64,000 bases of DNA from Chiloscyllium plagiosum (Eukaryota): assembly GCF_004010195.1 (NCBI RefSeq), contig NC_057755.1:149042-213041 (forward strand), in the 5' to 3' direction. Positions 26,055 through 41,338 of this stretch are shown here, one piece after another. Under the pieces are notes generated by a model, which was given only the letters and a program-made list of their open reading frames with translations, was not told the DNA's origin and ran no database searches. Numbering within the stretch: position 1 is the stretch's first letter; every line of letters begins with the position of its first letter. The position numbers and the translations under genes were made by a program.

Positions 26055-26929
26055 TTATGTGACCAGTTGTTGCACCACATTCCTGAACTTCGCTCTGAAC
26101 TTGGGCAGAGTTGCTGCATAAACGAGTGTGTTCGTGCTGCAGCTTAAATCCTTTAGCATTTCTCCCGCCCAGGTAAACTGCAGTAGACGCCAGTTCCTCC
26201 AACGACGTCCTACTTTAACATTAAAGTATAAGATGTTTGCACCGTACACGACCCACAGGAGTATGAAACTGATGGATATTGTGAATAGGCAAATCACCGA
26301 CTTCCTCCGGGTCTCCATCGTTGCATCGTTGTGACTCTGTCCCTTCCTCTGACCCCTCAGGTTTTTGCGGACTTGATTGGCCACTAAAATGTACCTGACC
26401 GTCAGAGTGTTCATCAACAGAATTAACATGAATGGGATTAAAGGTGTTAAAATGATATCAAACCAGTTAAACCCCAGCCACCTGGGATCAGTAAAATACC
26501 TTGACTTTATATGGCAATACCACTGAACATCGTTAATTATCCGCCCAGGTTCATACCGAAAATAGAAGGGAATGTTTTTTGAACAGAGTAGAATACCAGT
26601 TGCAGCCAAAACCACAGCCAAAGCTTTCTCTGTCCAATATTTGGTCTTCACTTTCAAGCAGCAAATGGCCACAAAACGATCAAAGGAGAAAAGGACAGTG
26701 AACCAGACGGAACAGTCTGTGGCTGCACGGATCAGGACAAAAATAACACTGCACACAGGCACGACATTGAGGGAACACTTTGGGTAGTAAATGTCTCTTA
26801 ATCGCCACAGCATGATCTCAGTGAGAATGAACAGTAGATCCGAAGTTGCCATCGCTAACAGACAGCGCGTTGTGCACTTAGAGAGGCCGCACTTCCCCCG
26901 TGAGAGAATGAAAATCAGCAGGAGATTAA
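26055..26929 (-). CDS. GPR139/GPR142-like class A GPCR, coding exon 2 (end of TM1 to C-terminus), intact
   Basis: Acceptor ctttctttttcag|TT AAT (phase 1). The frame is open for 25 codons before ORF 26055-26852. Motifs: MATSDLL (TM2), PVC and SFDRFVAIC (TM3), WYC (ECL2), TPLIPFMLILLMN (TM5), SFILLW (TM6), TNTLVY (TM7) and a KFR helix 8. Confidence 0.92.
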
Positions 26930-27624
26930 CTGAAAAAGAAAGATGATAAAATGCACATCAGAAATTACTTGTCAAACGTTCTCTGCATCTGCCCAGAGAG
27001 CAATGGGCGATCTTCATATCTAACTGGGCAGGGAACTGACAGACGGGGAAGGAGCATAACTTATAAGGTGAAGGATAAGATGCTTGGGGTATTGGGCGAA
27101 AATGCTTTCTCCTGGAGAGTGGTGTCATTTCTGGTAATTCAGTTCTTGGGAGGGTTGTTAAGATTGGAAACCTCATAATCTTTAACAAGTATCTGGGATG
27201 AGACCAGATTTCATCCCGCCTGTATTGCCCAAGTTTGTTGGACTGATGGATCTCTTCTGAATATTCGGGTTCCACAATTTTAAAAATTATTTCTGGGAGG
27301 TAGGTTGGGAAGTGAAATATTTTCATATAATAATTAAAAGAGCTATGAATACTGAAGATATGAAACAGAAACAGAAAGACTGGTGAAACTTAACCGTTAT
27401 GGTAGCATCTGTGGAGAGAGAAACAATGTTAATGCACTCATTCTTCATCAGAACACCTTTTTCTTTACACTTATCACGGAATTGAGAACATAATCTCGGT
27501 TTTTCCTCGCACAAGGTACTATCATTGCAAACAAAGCACAGGGATTGTTTTCCAAACGGGAATTGAGATCATTGTGTTTCTACTATGGAACATTTATTCA
27601 ACTGCTCATAGCATACTGGGCATG

Positions 27625-30600
27625 GTTAGAGTAATCGAGATGTCGAGCATGGAAAGAGACCCATTGGTCCAAATAGTCCATACTGACCCGATATTTTATA
27701 ATATCTAATCCAGTTCGCCCCCATACCCCTCTAAACCCTTTTCCCTTATTTTATCAATCTTCAGCTTTTTAAATACTGTAATTGTACCAGTCTTCACCAT
27801 TTCGTGTATCTTTATATTCTATACATGCACCACAAATTGCATGAAAATTATTTTCCGTTAGGTACCTTTTTAATCTTTCTCCTCTCAACACAAACCTATG
27901 CGCTGTATCCAATGCACTGTACCCTATTCACTACCCCACACCAGGGAAAACACCTTGTCTATATACCCTATCTATGCCACTCATGATTATATAATCCTCT
28001 ATAAGTTCTCCCCTCAGCCTCCGATGCTCCAGTGAAAACAACCCCAGCCTATGCAATCTCTCACTATAATTCAAACTCTCCAACCCTGGCAACGTTCTCG
28101 TAAATCTTTTGTGAAACCTTTCATGTTTCACACGACATTCCTTTCAAAGTGAGACCAGAATTGCACATACTTCTTCCAAAAGTGGCCTAACAAATGTCCT
28201 GTACATCCGCAAAATGACCTGAAAACTCCTATAATCCATGATCTGACCAATAAAGGATCATATACCAAACACCTTCTTTACAATCCTAAGCCTCCACATT
28301 CAAGCAACTATGGAAGTGCACTCCAAGGTCTCTTTGTTTAGTAACAATCTCCAGCATCTTACTATTAATTGAACAGTTACTGCCCTCATTTGTCATTGGA
28401 AAATGCAGCACCTCACATTTAACTTAAGTACATCTCCACCTTCCACTCTTCAGTGCATTAGCTCATCTGATCTGCAGTAACCTTCTATACTGGTTACAAC
28501 ACTTCCAGTTTTGGTGACACTTGCAAACTTACTGATCATGCCTCCCATATTCACATCGCAATCATTTGAATAAATGAGGAAAAACTGTGTATCCAGCACC
28601 GATCCTTGTGGCACACCACTGGTCTGAGGCTTCCGGTCTGAAAAGCAACCCTCCACCACCACCATCTGCCTTTCTACATTCGCGGCAGTTCTGTGTAGAA
28701 ATAGCTAGCTCCCTCTATTACATGTGGTCTAACCTTGCAAACCAGTCTACCATGAGAAACCTTGTCAAACGCCTTACTGAAGTCCACAGAGATCACGTGC
28801 ACCATTCTGCCCTCCAGTTCATTGTTTCTTCAAAAATCTCATTCAAGTTCGTGAAGCGTGATTTCCTAAGAACAAAGCCATCTCGAAAATCTCTAATCAC
28901 TCCTTGCCTATTTAAACTGAGGATTCATATCAATCCTGTCCTTTAGGTATCCCGCCAACAACTTGCCCACCATCAATATCAGTCCCAGCGGTTTATAGTT
29001 CCTTGGCTGTTCCTTACCATCTTTCTTAATTAGTAGCACCACTTCAGCTAACCTCCAGTTTTCCAACACCTCACCTGTGACTATTGATTATCCAAGTATC
29101 TCAACAAGGGGCCAGAAATCACTTCCCTAGCTTCCCACAGAGTTGTCGGTTCACCAGACCAGGTCATGGGAATTTATCCACCTTTATGTGTTCTTTAATT
29201 TCCAGCACACCCTGCACTGGAATATGAACATTCTTCGATATGTTACCATCTATTTCCCCACATTCTATATCTTCCACGTCGTTCACCACAGTAAACACTG
29301 ATATAAAATACGCGTTTATTATCATCCCTATCTTCTGAATTGCCAGAAATAAGCTGCCTTTCTGATCTTTGAGAGGTCCTATTCTCTGCCTAGTTACACG
29401 TTTGTCCTTCGAATATTAATAAAATTTCCTTTGATTCTTCTTAACGCTATTTGGCAAAGCTATCTCATGCCCCCTTTCTGCCATCCTGGTTTTCTTCCTA
29501 CTCCTACTGCCTTTTTATTCTTCTGAGTATTCACTCGATATCTGCTGTCTACACCTGACGAATACTTCCTTCTTTTTCTTAAACAAACCAGAAAACTATC
29601 ACTCTTTATGCTGTTTCTGGACTCCCGTTATCTCATTTCTCAAGACTTCCCATTTTACAGCTGACCCTTTACCTAGGATCATCTGCCTCCAATAATCTTT
29701 TGAAAGGTCTTGCCATATAGCTATTCTCCAATTTACAATTTTAACTTTTCGAATCGGTCTTTCATTTTCTATTTCTATTTTAAATTAACCAAATTCAAGT
29801 CTCTGCCCCAAACTTCTCCCCCAACTACAGTCACTTGCCCTGCATTAATCCCAAGAGGAGGTCACGTTTTGCACATTCTGTAGTAGGTATTACCACATAC
29901 CAAATCAGACAATTTTGGGATACGCTCTAACAAATTCATCTCCGTTCTAAACCATTAATAATTTGGCAGTCCCAATCTATGTTTCGAAAACTAAAACCCC
30001 CTACCATTATCACACTATTAAACTTACAAATAACTGAGATCCCCTTACAAATTTGTTTCTCAATTTCCCACTGACTATTGAGGAGTCTGTACTACAATGC
30101 CAATAAGGTAATTAGCACTTTTGTAATTCTCAGTTCCTCCCCAATAGCTTCCCTGAATGTATTCCCCTCTCTAAGTACAGCTGTAATGTTAACCTTTATC
30201 AAAAAGCAACTCTCCCACTTCTCTGGGGCCCCGTTTCTTTCCTTTCGACATAATTTCTATCCTGCAAATTTAAGCTGCCAGTTATGTCCATTCCTGAGCC
30301 ACAATTGTTGTGCTATCCCAGCTCTATGTTCCTAACCACGCTCTCAGTTCATTTGCCTTCCCTGTCAGGCATCAAGGAAAGAAATCAATGCAATTTAATT
30401 TGTCAGTCCTGCATCATTCTCTGCTTTGTTTCTACCTCCCCTGACGATTGGGCTTGCTCCTTTTCTGAGCTGTACCAGTCTCAGACTGATCTCTTTCCAG
30501 TCTCAGACTGATCTCTTTCCTCACTATCTCCCTGGACACACACCCCCAATTCCGTGGCAACCCCCACTCCATCCTTACTAGTATAAATATTCCTAGGCGA

Positions 30601-32185
30601 TTGTCACAAATTTCCTTAATAGTAAATTATTTCTCTTCCAACTGAGGCGCAATCTGTGTGCCTCTTACAGGTCACGTCTACCACAGAAAAAGTTCCAATA
30701 ATGCAAAATGAGAGCCCTTGCCTCCTGCACCAGCCCCTCAGCCACGCTTTCATCTGCTCTATTCTCCGATTCCTGCACTCTCTGGATGATGACACTGAGA
30801 GTAGTCCTGATATTACTACCCTCAACGATCTCTTTTTACAATTCCTGCCTATCCTGTCATATTCTCACTGCAGAATTCATCCGTTTTCCTTTCTATGTCG
30901 TTAGTTCCAATGTACACAATGATATCCTGTTGGTCCCACTTCCCTTTGAAAATATTCTGTACCCACGTCAAGATTTGTTGATTCTGGCACCCGGAAGGCA
31001 ACAGGCGCTCTTGGCCGCAGAAAAGTCTGTCTGTGCTTCTGACAAGAGAGCCCCCTTAACAATTGATGGCTTTGAACCTTATGTAACCCTCATTACATTA
31101 GAGCCAGTCTTGGGACCAGAAACATGACTGCTTGTGCTACATTCTCCGAAGAGTCCACCCCACACTGCATTTTACAAAACATCATGCCTATTATAGATGG
31201 AGCCAGCCACAGGAGAATCCTGCACTACTTGTCTCCCTCTTCTACCTTTCCTGGAAGTACTCCGTCCTCTTGACTGTATCAGTTGGTTTTGTCTCTTCCT
31301 GTAGCTACTAGCCAGCAAACCCGTACCTCCTGGAAATTCCTCATTGCCTCGAACTGCTGCTCCACCCGGTTCATGCAATTGATAGGATTCGCAGTCAAAC
31401 ACATTTACTGTCGCCATAAACATCAGTAACATGGAAGCACTCCCTAATCTCCCCCATCCGACAGGAAGAGTACATTACTCTATTAAATGCCATCTTCGAA
31501 TCTTATTAATCGACAGGCTCAGAAAATACCACAGTCTTACTGCTCTAAAAGACACAGCTCCATGTTAACTTAGTCCATGAAGTATATATATATGTGTGTG
31601 TGTGTATTTAATAAAGAGATAGATCTCAATAAAACGTTTCATTAAAAAGAACTGACGCTACTGACAACGAAAAAAGTCAGCAATATTACACTGAAATTAA
31701 AAACATACTCTTGCCTGCTCCTGTGCTGTGAACTCTCCCACGCAGGTTCTTCTAAGGTCAGCTATGATTTTCGTTGTTTGTTAATTTTTCTTGGATGCAC
31801 TTCGATGCCTAGAAATGCATGAACTCAAACAGTAAAGGCAGTAGTTGTGCAGCTTCACTGATGTGTCAGACAGGAATATAGGGAGTGCTTCCATGTTACT
31901 GATGTTTATGGCTTTTTCTCTCTCGCTCACTCTTTCTCGAAACCTATCTCTCACTGGCCAAGTGGACTGCTATTTTGTCTCTGTTTCTCCTTTTCTAAAA
32001 TTGTGTTGCTTTGTACTTTCTTTTTTGCAAATTTCCAAAACAGTGCAACTGTTTATTAAACAATAATTACACTTGCAAGATTTTCTGGATGTCAGCTCTG
32101 ACACATAAAATACTGCAAAGAAAAAAGGAGCAGCTCTCACAGCCAGAACGTTTTCATGTCCTCCAATTCGGATTGCCTGAAAGAT
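27625..32185 (-). mobile_element. Near-full-length degraded CR1 LINE (ancestral intronic copy)
   Basis: RLGLFSLEHRRLRGELIE, SGVPQGSVL and ORF1 RVVISGLL...WLRGWCRRQG. The 5' end (GGAGCAGCTCTCACAGCCA) is shared with 37755 and 10050. Confidence 0.9.
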
Positions 32186-32699
32186 AACCGACCCCACTGA
32201 AATTCAATTTAACACCCAGGAATGTTCCAACGGTGGAAACGGAGAATACAGAAATAGGGCATGTAACCCATCAAGTGAACTCACTTTAACACTCCTCAGT
32301 CTTTCCATGATCCCATCAAAATTGAATGAAAGTTACGATACTGAAAGGGATCATTATTTCTGCATCAATTGGATAAACTAGCAACCTGCTCTGATCCCAC
32401 TTTCCAGCAACTGGAACACAGAGTTGAAGGTTTCTTCACGTCACTTGCTGACCGAATGCCCTTTAAACGAGTTATGGTTGGCCACCTCCAGCCACCATCA
32501 AAATTGGGCAGTGAATTCCAGTTGCACCATCACCTTCTGAATGAAATAGTCGACATCATTTCCTCGATAATCCTCACATCATTACCTAACACCATTCTTA
32601 TAAATCTATTACATAGTCTTCTCAGTGCAATTCTGTCCTCACTACTTACTGATGACCAGCACTGTGCATTGAACCGCATCCGTAATCCACCCAGTGTCT

Positions 32700-34595
32700 T
32701 CGGGTAAGTTAAAGTATTCTGTATCCGGTTCTCTTTTGTTTGTGTTTCATTCGGTAATCTGCAAATAAATTCTGTTTTAATTAAAACCGAGGAATAATGA
32801 CCAGTTCATTCACTTGTGGAATATCCACAGTGCACCTGCTCAAAATAAGTCGAAAGATAAGGGTCTTCGCGACCACCTTGACATGTTTTGAAAGGCTCTT
32901 GCCTGGCCCATAATAATTGTATGTTGGTTCCCGATTGGAAAGGAAATCAAAGATATGGGGAAAAGGCAGGAGAATGGAATTAAAAAAATAAATCCATCAC
33001 GATCAAATGTCAGAGCTCATTCGATAGGTTGAACGGTTTAATTCTGCTCCAACATTCTATTGAGGTATGATGCAAAATGTAACAATATTTAAATATGGAT
33101 GCAAACATCTTCAGCAGGGAAATAATGCATCCGTGGTTCAAACATGGACGGAAGAATTGGAATTCTGCACTTCTTTCAATATTCCCTGTTTTGTTTCTTC
33201 ATTAGACGTAGGACTTGGAACTGAAGTAACAGTTCAGTTATCAGGATGCTAGAGGTACAGTTACTGATAGTTTGATATTTCCCAGGTTGCTGAAATACGC
33301 AATTGCGAGCAATCTGTGTGCTATAGAGTTCATCTGTCCGTTTTCATCAGGAGAGTGAGTTTCATGATCAGACATAGACAGAACCACACACAGAGGGATA
33401 TAGAAACACACCCACACCCTAACACGTAAATACATATACACACAGAAACACATCCAATCACAGAAATAGAGTCAAAGTAAGATTTAGGAACACACTGACA
33501 AAATAAAAACACATACACACACACACATATACGCAGAAACAAATCCACACACTCTCACACACAAATACACAAACATGCAGAAGCACACTCTCACATAGAA
33601 ATAAAGTGAGATACTGGAACATCCTGATAAACAAAAACACACTCCACGCACACAAGCAACTGACACTCATGCACACACGCATAATAATACAGTCAAATTG
33701 AAATGTGGGAACACACATACACAAAGACAGCAGAAGGAATTTTCACACACTCACAACACACAGGAGCACAATCAGAGCGCAGAAGGGGTCAAACTTACGT
33801 ACACACGTGCGTGTGCTCACAGGCAGCCCCCCAAAAAAACAGACTTATTGAGACATAAAGGAAAACACCTATGCACGAACATACGTCCACAAACGCAGAA
33901 ATGCAGTCATACTGAGAGAGAGGAACAAATCTACACACACACACATACACACCCGCACACATACGTGCATGCACACACAAAACACACACAACCACACAGA
34001 TACAGACACAGACAGACACCTACCCCCACACAAACACCTCCCCCATACACATAAATACAGACATACTGATAGAGAAAGGAACACACCCATATATACCGAA
34101 TGCACACATATCCATGCACAAAGAAATGCAGTCATACTGAGATGTAGGACCACGCCTCCACACAGACATATAATCATAACCAGACCTCCACACACATATA
34201 TAAACCAACTCAAATTAAGAGACAGTGCACACCCACCTGCAAGAACTGACATAAACCTCTTGCACACACACACACATTCAAACACAGTTACTGAGCCGCA
34301 ACCTCAATGATATATAGACAGAGAGTGACACTCAGAAACAAACAGACACACACCGACAGAGAGGCCTAGAGAGATCCTACTGGGAGCACAGAAAGATCTT
34401 GACAAATGGACAGACAACCAACATAGTCTGAACAACACATTCACCTGCTTAAAGAGCACTGCCAGGTACAACCACATCACGCACTCCCACAATAATAAAA
34501 TGAAACTCAGAAACACACATACATGGAGCCACAGAATGTTCATGATATGCTGACAGTAACACCCACATACAACACACGTCCCCACCATCACATAG
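32700..34595. repeat. Second copy of the GPCR 3' flank (LTR end, CR1 tail, CA-rich tract) without an exon
   Basis: Colinear similarity to 23345-24800. Confidence 0.85.
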
Positions 34596-34604
34596 TCAGT
34601 GATT

Positions 34605-37600
34605 TTCTGTTCCAAATGCAGCACCTCGCATTTATCTAAATTAAACTCCATCTGCAACTCCTCGCCCATTGGCCTGTCTGATAAAGATCCGATTTTACAC
34701 TGAGGCAACTTTCTTCTCTCTCTCCTGCACTTCAAATTTTGGTGGTATTTGGAAACTTACTAACTATACCTTCCATATTCACCTCGAAATCATTCATATA
34801 ATTGATTAAAAAAAAACTGTAATGCAGCACCAATCCTTGTGGTACATCATTGGTCATGGGCCTTCGGTTTGAAAAACAACCATCCACTACCACTCCCTGT
34901 CTTCGACTTTTGAGTCAGTTCTGTATCCAATTAGCTAGTTCGCCTCTATTCCAGTTGGTCTAACTTTGCTAACTAGTCTACCGTGGGGAACCTTGTCAAA
35001 CTCCTCACTAAACTCCATTTAGATCACGTCCATTACTCTGCCCTCATCAACCCTGTTAATTACTACTTCAAAAATCTCAATCTTTAGACATGATTTCCCA
35101 CGTGCAAAGCCATATTGACAATTACTAACGAGCCCTCACCTATCTAAATACAGGGTACATATAAATCCTGTCGCTCAGGATCTCCCTCCAACAACGTACC
35201 TACCAACAATGCCAGGATCACTTGCGTAAAGTTTGCTGGGGTTTCGTTACCACCTTTCTTAAATAGTGGCTCATATGAAGCATCCCCCAGTCTTCTGACC
35301 CCTCTCCCGTGATGATCGTTTTTTTCAAGTATTTCAACAAGAGTCCAGCAACAACTTCCCCAGCTTCCCAAAGATCAGATCCTGGGGATATATCTAACTT
35401 TATGCATTATTTGACTTCCAACACATCCTGCTCTGTAACATGGACATTTTTCAAGATGTCACCATGTATTTCCCCACATTACATATTTTCCAGGTCTTTC
35501 TCCACAGTAAACAATGATACACAATACTCGTTTAGTGTCTCGTCGCCTCCACCCACACTTTAAGCAGTTGCACACATCGGCTGCCATGCTGACCTTTCAG
35601 GAGTCTTCTTCTATCCTTAGATACCCTTTCGTCCTCAATGTATTTATGATTTCCCTCTGGATTCTGCATAACCATATTTGCCAAAGCTATCTTATGACCT
35701 CTTTTTGTACTCCTGATTTCCCTCTGAAGTACCGTCCGATTGTTTTTATATTATGCTCAGGATTCACGCAATCTCTGCGTCTGTACTTGATATCTGCTTC
35801 CTTCTTTTTCTGAACCAAGTTCTGTATCAATCAGCCTTGCTTTACGCCTGAACAGGAGCATAAACATTCTAGAGTCTCATTATCCCATTTCTGAACGCTT
35901 CGAATTTTCCAGCTGCACATTTACCTGAAAACATCCACCCCGAATCAACCTTTGAAAAATCTTGCCTCGTCGCCATCCTCCAATTTAGAACTTTGACTTT
36001 TAAATATGATCTGTCTTTTTCCATTTCTATTTTAAACTAACGGGTATTGAAGTCTCTGCCCCAAAATGCTCCCCTAACGGGCCCTCAATCACCTGCCTTG
36101 CCTTATTTCCTAAAAGTAGTTCAGGTATTTCAGGTTCTCTCGTGGTAAATTCACATACTGAAATAGAAATGTTTGATATGCACACTTAACAAATTCAACT
36201 ACATCCCAACGCTTAATAATGGGGCAGTCCCAGTCTATATTTGGAAAATTAACACCCCCTACCATTACCACACTACCATTTTTCCAAACAACTGAGATCA
36301 CCTTACAAATTTGTTTCCCAATTTCCCACTGATGAGTGTGGAATCTTTTGGACCATCCCAATACGGTAATCAGTCCTTTTTTCATTCTCAGTACCACCCC
36401 AAATACCTTCCCCGCATATTTTCCCAAAAATACCCACCCCGAAGTATAGCTGTAATGTTAATCCTTATGAACAAGACTACTCCCACTCTTATCTTGGCCC
36501 CTTTCCTTCCTTCCTCCAGCATTTCTATCCTTCGACTTTTCGCTGCCAGTCCTGTCCATCCCTGAACTACATCTGTGCAATTGCTGTGATATCCCAGTCC
36601 GATGCTCCTAACCATATCCCCAGATCACCTGCCTTCCTTGTTAGGCGTCTTGTATAGAAATAAATGCAACTTAATTTGTCAGTCCTGCCTCATTCTCTGC
36701 TTTGAACTTGCCTGTCCAGACCATTGGACTTACTCCTTTTTTCCCAACTGTATCAGTCTCAGACTGATTTCTTTCCTCACTATCACTTTAGCTACACCAC
36801 CCAACCGTCTTCGCCCACCGTATCCGTACCCCCCAGTCCAACCTCATTCGCTTCAATATTCCTGAAAATCTCGAGCTATTCTCCCTGGCAGTCAATTAGT
36901 TTTCTTCCAGTTCATGTGCAAATTTGTTCTCGTTATACAGGCCACTTCTACTCGAAGAAATATTGCAGTGATCCAAAAAAAGTGAACCCTTCAGCCCCGC
37001 ACCAGCTGCTCAGCCACGCATTCATCTGCTCTGTCTTCCTATTCCGACATTCACTAGCTCGTGGCCCTGAGAGTGATCCAGAGTTTACAACACGCAAGGG
37101 CGTTATTTCTAATTCCTGTCCAATCTCTCGCATTCGCCCTTAAGAATTTCATCCTTTTTCCTTCCAATGTCGTTAGTTCCAACATACACAATGTCCTCCT
37201 GCTGCTCCTACTCCCCTTGGACAATATTCTGTACCCTGTCTGAGATATCCTTGATCCTGGCACTAGCGAGGCAACAGACGCTCTTAGCTTCAGAAAAAAT
37301 CTGTCCATGCCTGTCATGAGTGACTCCCCTATCACAACTGATCGTTGATACGTGACGTGACCCGCGTTACATTGGAACCAGTCTTGGTATCAGAAACGTG
37401 GCTGTTCCTGCTCTCTTCCTCTAAAGGTCCATCACCAGCTACATTTTCCAAATCAACATGCCTGTTTCAAATGGAGATAGCTTCAGGAGACTTCTGCACT
37501 ACTATCGACCTCGCCTGCCTTTCCTGAAGATAACACCACCTACCTGGTTGTGTCTGTTTTTGTTCTCTCTTCCTATAGCTGCCATCCATAACTCCCACAG

Positions 37601-37810
37601 CTCCTGAGAATTCCTCATTGTGTATAAATGCTGCTCCAACCGATCCAGGTGATCTGATATGATTTTCAAAACAATACAACAGCTCATAAAACAAGAATTA
37701 TTCTTCCAGGGTTTTGTGGAAGTCAGCACTGACACCAACAATATCTCAAAAAAGGAACAGCTCTCACAGCCACAATCTTTTCCCGCCCTCCATTTCGGAT
37801 TACCAAGAAT
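34605..37810 (-). mobile_element. CR1 LINE, paralog of the intronic copy at 28400-32185
   Basis: MEFNLDKCEVLH, GVNFPNIDW and esterase IGESL motifs, with the same 5' end. Confidence 0.88.
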
Positions 37811-40800
37811 CGTCAGGTCACTACATTACAAAGCACATGATTTATTGCATTTGCGAAGATGTAATTGGTTGACGAATAATGCTAACAGAGATGAGAAATG
37901 TTCATGTCATTATTAAAGGTGCAAATCGCGATCAGAGTCCTCTCTGTGCCGATAAACTGAGGATATGATAACTCACTGAATCCCTCATAGTGTGTTTTGG
38001 AAAGAGAACAATTCCTTGTCAAGTTTAGCAATGCTCTAATGTGGCGGACATTCAGTCAGCAAATAATGCAAAGTGCAAGTAGGGAGATGTGACTTTTTTT
38101 TTGCATTCTCTGCATTATCTGACTCAAAGAGTTTTGGAATATGCCTGTTGATATTCTATGAATGCAATACACAATACAGAAGAAAACAGTGAATTCACTA
38201 CTGCAACTACGGAATGTGGCAGCTCCAATCCAATGCATAATAAAATATGACATGATTAAAAAAAATCAGGTCTCTCTGACTCTCTATTGTTTTATAATCA
38301 TGTCATGGACAATTAGCATTTAAATTGATAATCCGAATATTCTGCAGTCCATAGGTAATATACGATTTCAAAATGCTTCTTTTCAAAAATCTTTACATTA
38401 TAATAAGATAACTAAACAAAGTTAGCAATTTCACCCTAATGAATTGGCAAATTATTATGCTCTAACCTTAGTTAACATTATTCCTCCCCACGTAAAATTG
38501 CTTTATGCATTATGCAAATTTTGAAGTGACAAAAACTTTTTCAGTGAAAAACTGGAAGGTAGCGCTCTTCCATTCAATTTTCCGCTCTCCAAATTTCCAG
38601 TGTTGGAAATGGACAACACTGAAAAAGGCCATTTAACCTACCAAGTGAATACATTTCAACTCTCCTCAGTCTTTCTGCAAAACCAGAGGAATGCACGAAA
38701 TTTGTGGCACTGAAAGAAGTCATTCATATCTGCATCAACTAAATCAACCTGCTCAGATCCCATTTTTCAGCATCTGGTCGACAGCACTGAGGTTTTCTGC
38801 ACTTCATGTGCAGATCTAAGTTTCCCTTATATGAGTTAAGGTTAGTCACCTCAAGCCACCATCAAAACTGGGCAGTGAATTCCAGTCAAACTATCATCTT
38901 CCGAATGAAATGGTAGACATTATGTCCTTAATAATCCTCCCACCAATGTTTCTCACTCTCTGTCTCCTTGTTAATTGGTTCTCCGTTGAGGGAGTCATGT
39001 ATTCAATCAACACCCTGATTAATTTGTAATCCCAGTCTTTTTCCCAACTGTATCAGTCTCAGACTGATTTCTTTCCTCACTATCACTTTAGCTACACCAC
39101 CCAACCGTCTTCGCCCACCGTATCCGTACCCCCCAGTCCAACCTCATTCGCTTCAATATTCCTGAAAATCTCGAGCTATTCTCCCTGGCAGTCAATTAGT
39201 TTTCTTCCAGTTCATGTGCAAATTTGTTCTCGTTATACAGGCCACTTCTACTCCAAGAAATATTGCAGTGATCCAAAAAAAGTGAACCCTTCAGCCCCGC
39301 ACCAGCTGCTCAGCCACGCATTCATCTGCTCTATCCTCCTATTCCGACATTTACTAGCTCGTGGCGCTGAGAGTGATCCAGAGTTTACGACACGCAAGGG
39401 CGTTATTTCTAATTCCTGTCAAATCTCTCGCATTCGCCCTTAAGAATTTCATCCTTTTTCCCTCCAATGTCGTTAGTTCCAACATACACAATGTCCTCCT
39501 GCTGATCCTACTCCCCTTGGACAATATTCTGCACCCTGTCTGAGATATCCTTGATCCTGGCACTAGCGAGGCAACAGACGCTCTTAGCTTCAGAAAAAAA
39601 TCTATCCATGCCTGTAATGAGTGAATCCCCGATCACAACTGATCGTTGATACGTGACTTGACCCGCGTTACATTGGAGCCAGTCTTGGTACCAGAAACGT
39701 GGCTGTTCCTGCTCTCTTCCTCTAAAGGTCCATCACCAGCTACATTTTCCAAATCAACATGCCTTTTTCAAATGGAGATAGCTTCAGGAGACTTCTGCAC
39801 TACTATCGACCTCGCCTGCCTTTCCTGAAGGTAAAATCACCTACCTGGTTGTGTCTGTTTTTGTTCTCTCTTCCTATAGCTGCTATCCATAACACCCACA
39901 GCTCCTGAGAATTCCTCATTGTGTATAAATGCTGCCCCAACCGATCCAGGTGATCTGATATGATTTTCAAAACAATACAGCAGCTCATAAAACAAGAATT
40001 ATTCTTCCAGGGTTTTGTGGAAGTCAGCACTGACACCAACAATATCTCAAAAAAGGAACAGCTCTCACAGCCACAATCTTTTCCCGCCCTCCATTTCGGA
40101 TTACCAAGAATCGTCAGGTCACTACATTATAAAGCACATGATTTGTTGCACTTGAGAAGATGTACTTGGTTGACGAATAATGCTAACAGAGATGAGAAAT
40201 GTTCATGTCATTATTAAAGGTGCAAATCGCGATCAGAGTCCTCTCTGTGACGATAAACCGAGGATATGTTAACTCACTGAATCCCTCATAGTGTGTTTTG
40301 GAAAGAGGACAATTCCTTGTCAAGTTTAGCAATGCTCTAATGTGGCTGACATTCAGTCAGCAAATAATGCAATGTGCAAGTAGGGAGATGTGACTTTTTT
40401 TTTGCATTCTCTGCATTATCTGACTCAAAGAGTTTTGGAATTTGCCTGTTGATATTCTATGAATGCAATACACAATACAGAAGAAAACAGTGAATTCACT
40501 ACTGCAACTACGGAATGTGGCAGCTCCAATCCAATGCATAATAAAATATGACATGATTAAAAAAAATCAGGTCTCTCTGACTCTCTATTGTTTTATAATC
40601 ATGTCATGGACAATTAGCATTTAAATTGATAATCCGAATATTCTGCAGTCCATAGGTAATATACGATTTCAAAATGCTTCTTTTCAAAAATCTTTACATT
40701 ATAATAAGATAACTAAACAAAGTTAGCAATTTCACCCTAATGAATTGGCAAATTATTATGCTCTAACCTTAGTTAACATTATTCCTCCCCACGTAAAATT

Positions 40801-41338
40801 GCTTTATGCATTATGCAAATTTTGAAGTGACAAAAACTTTTTCAGTGAAAAACTGGAAGGTAGCGCTCTTCCATTCAATTTTCCGCTCTCCAAATTTCCA
40901 GTGTTGGAAATGGACAACACTGAAAAAGGCCATTTAACCTACCAAGTGAATACATTTCAACTCTCCTCAGTCTTTCTGCAAAACCAGAGGAATGCACGAA
41001 ATTTGTGGCACTGAAAGAAGTCATTCATATCTGCATCAACTAAATCAACCTGCTCAGATCCCATTTTTCAGCATCTGGTCGACAGCACTGAGGTTTTCTG
41101 CACTTCATGTGCAGATCTAAGTTTCCCTTATATGAGTTAAGGTTAGTCACCTCAAGCCACCATCAAAACTGGGCAGTGAATTCCAGTCAAACTATCATCT
41201 TCCGAATGAAATGGTAGACATTATGTCCTTAATAATCCTCCCACCAATGTTTCTCACTCTCTGTCTCCTTGTTAATTGGTTCTCCGTTGAGGGAGTCATG
41301 TATTCAATCAACACCCTGATTAATTTGTAATCCCAGTC
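36738..41338. repeat. Recent direct tandem duplication, period about 2300 bp
   Basis: TTTTTCCCAACTGTATCAG at 36738 and 39038, and GTAATCCCAGTC ending at 39037 and 41338. Duplicated ORF pairs appear in the ORF track. Confidence 0.97.
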
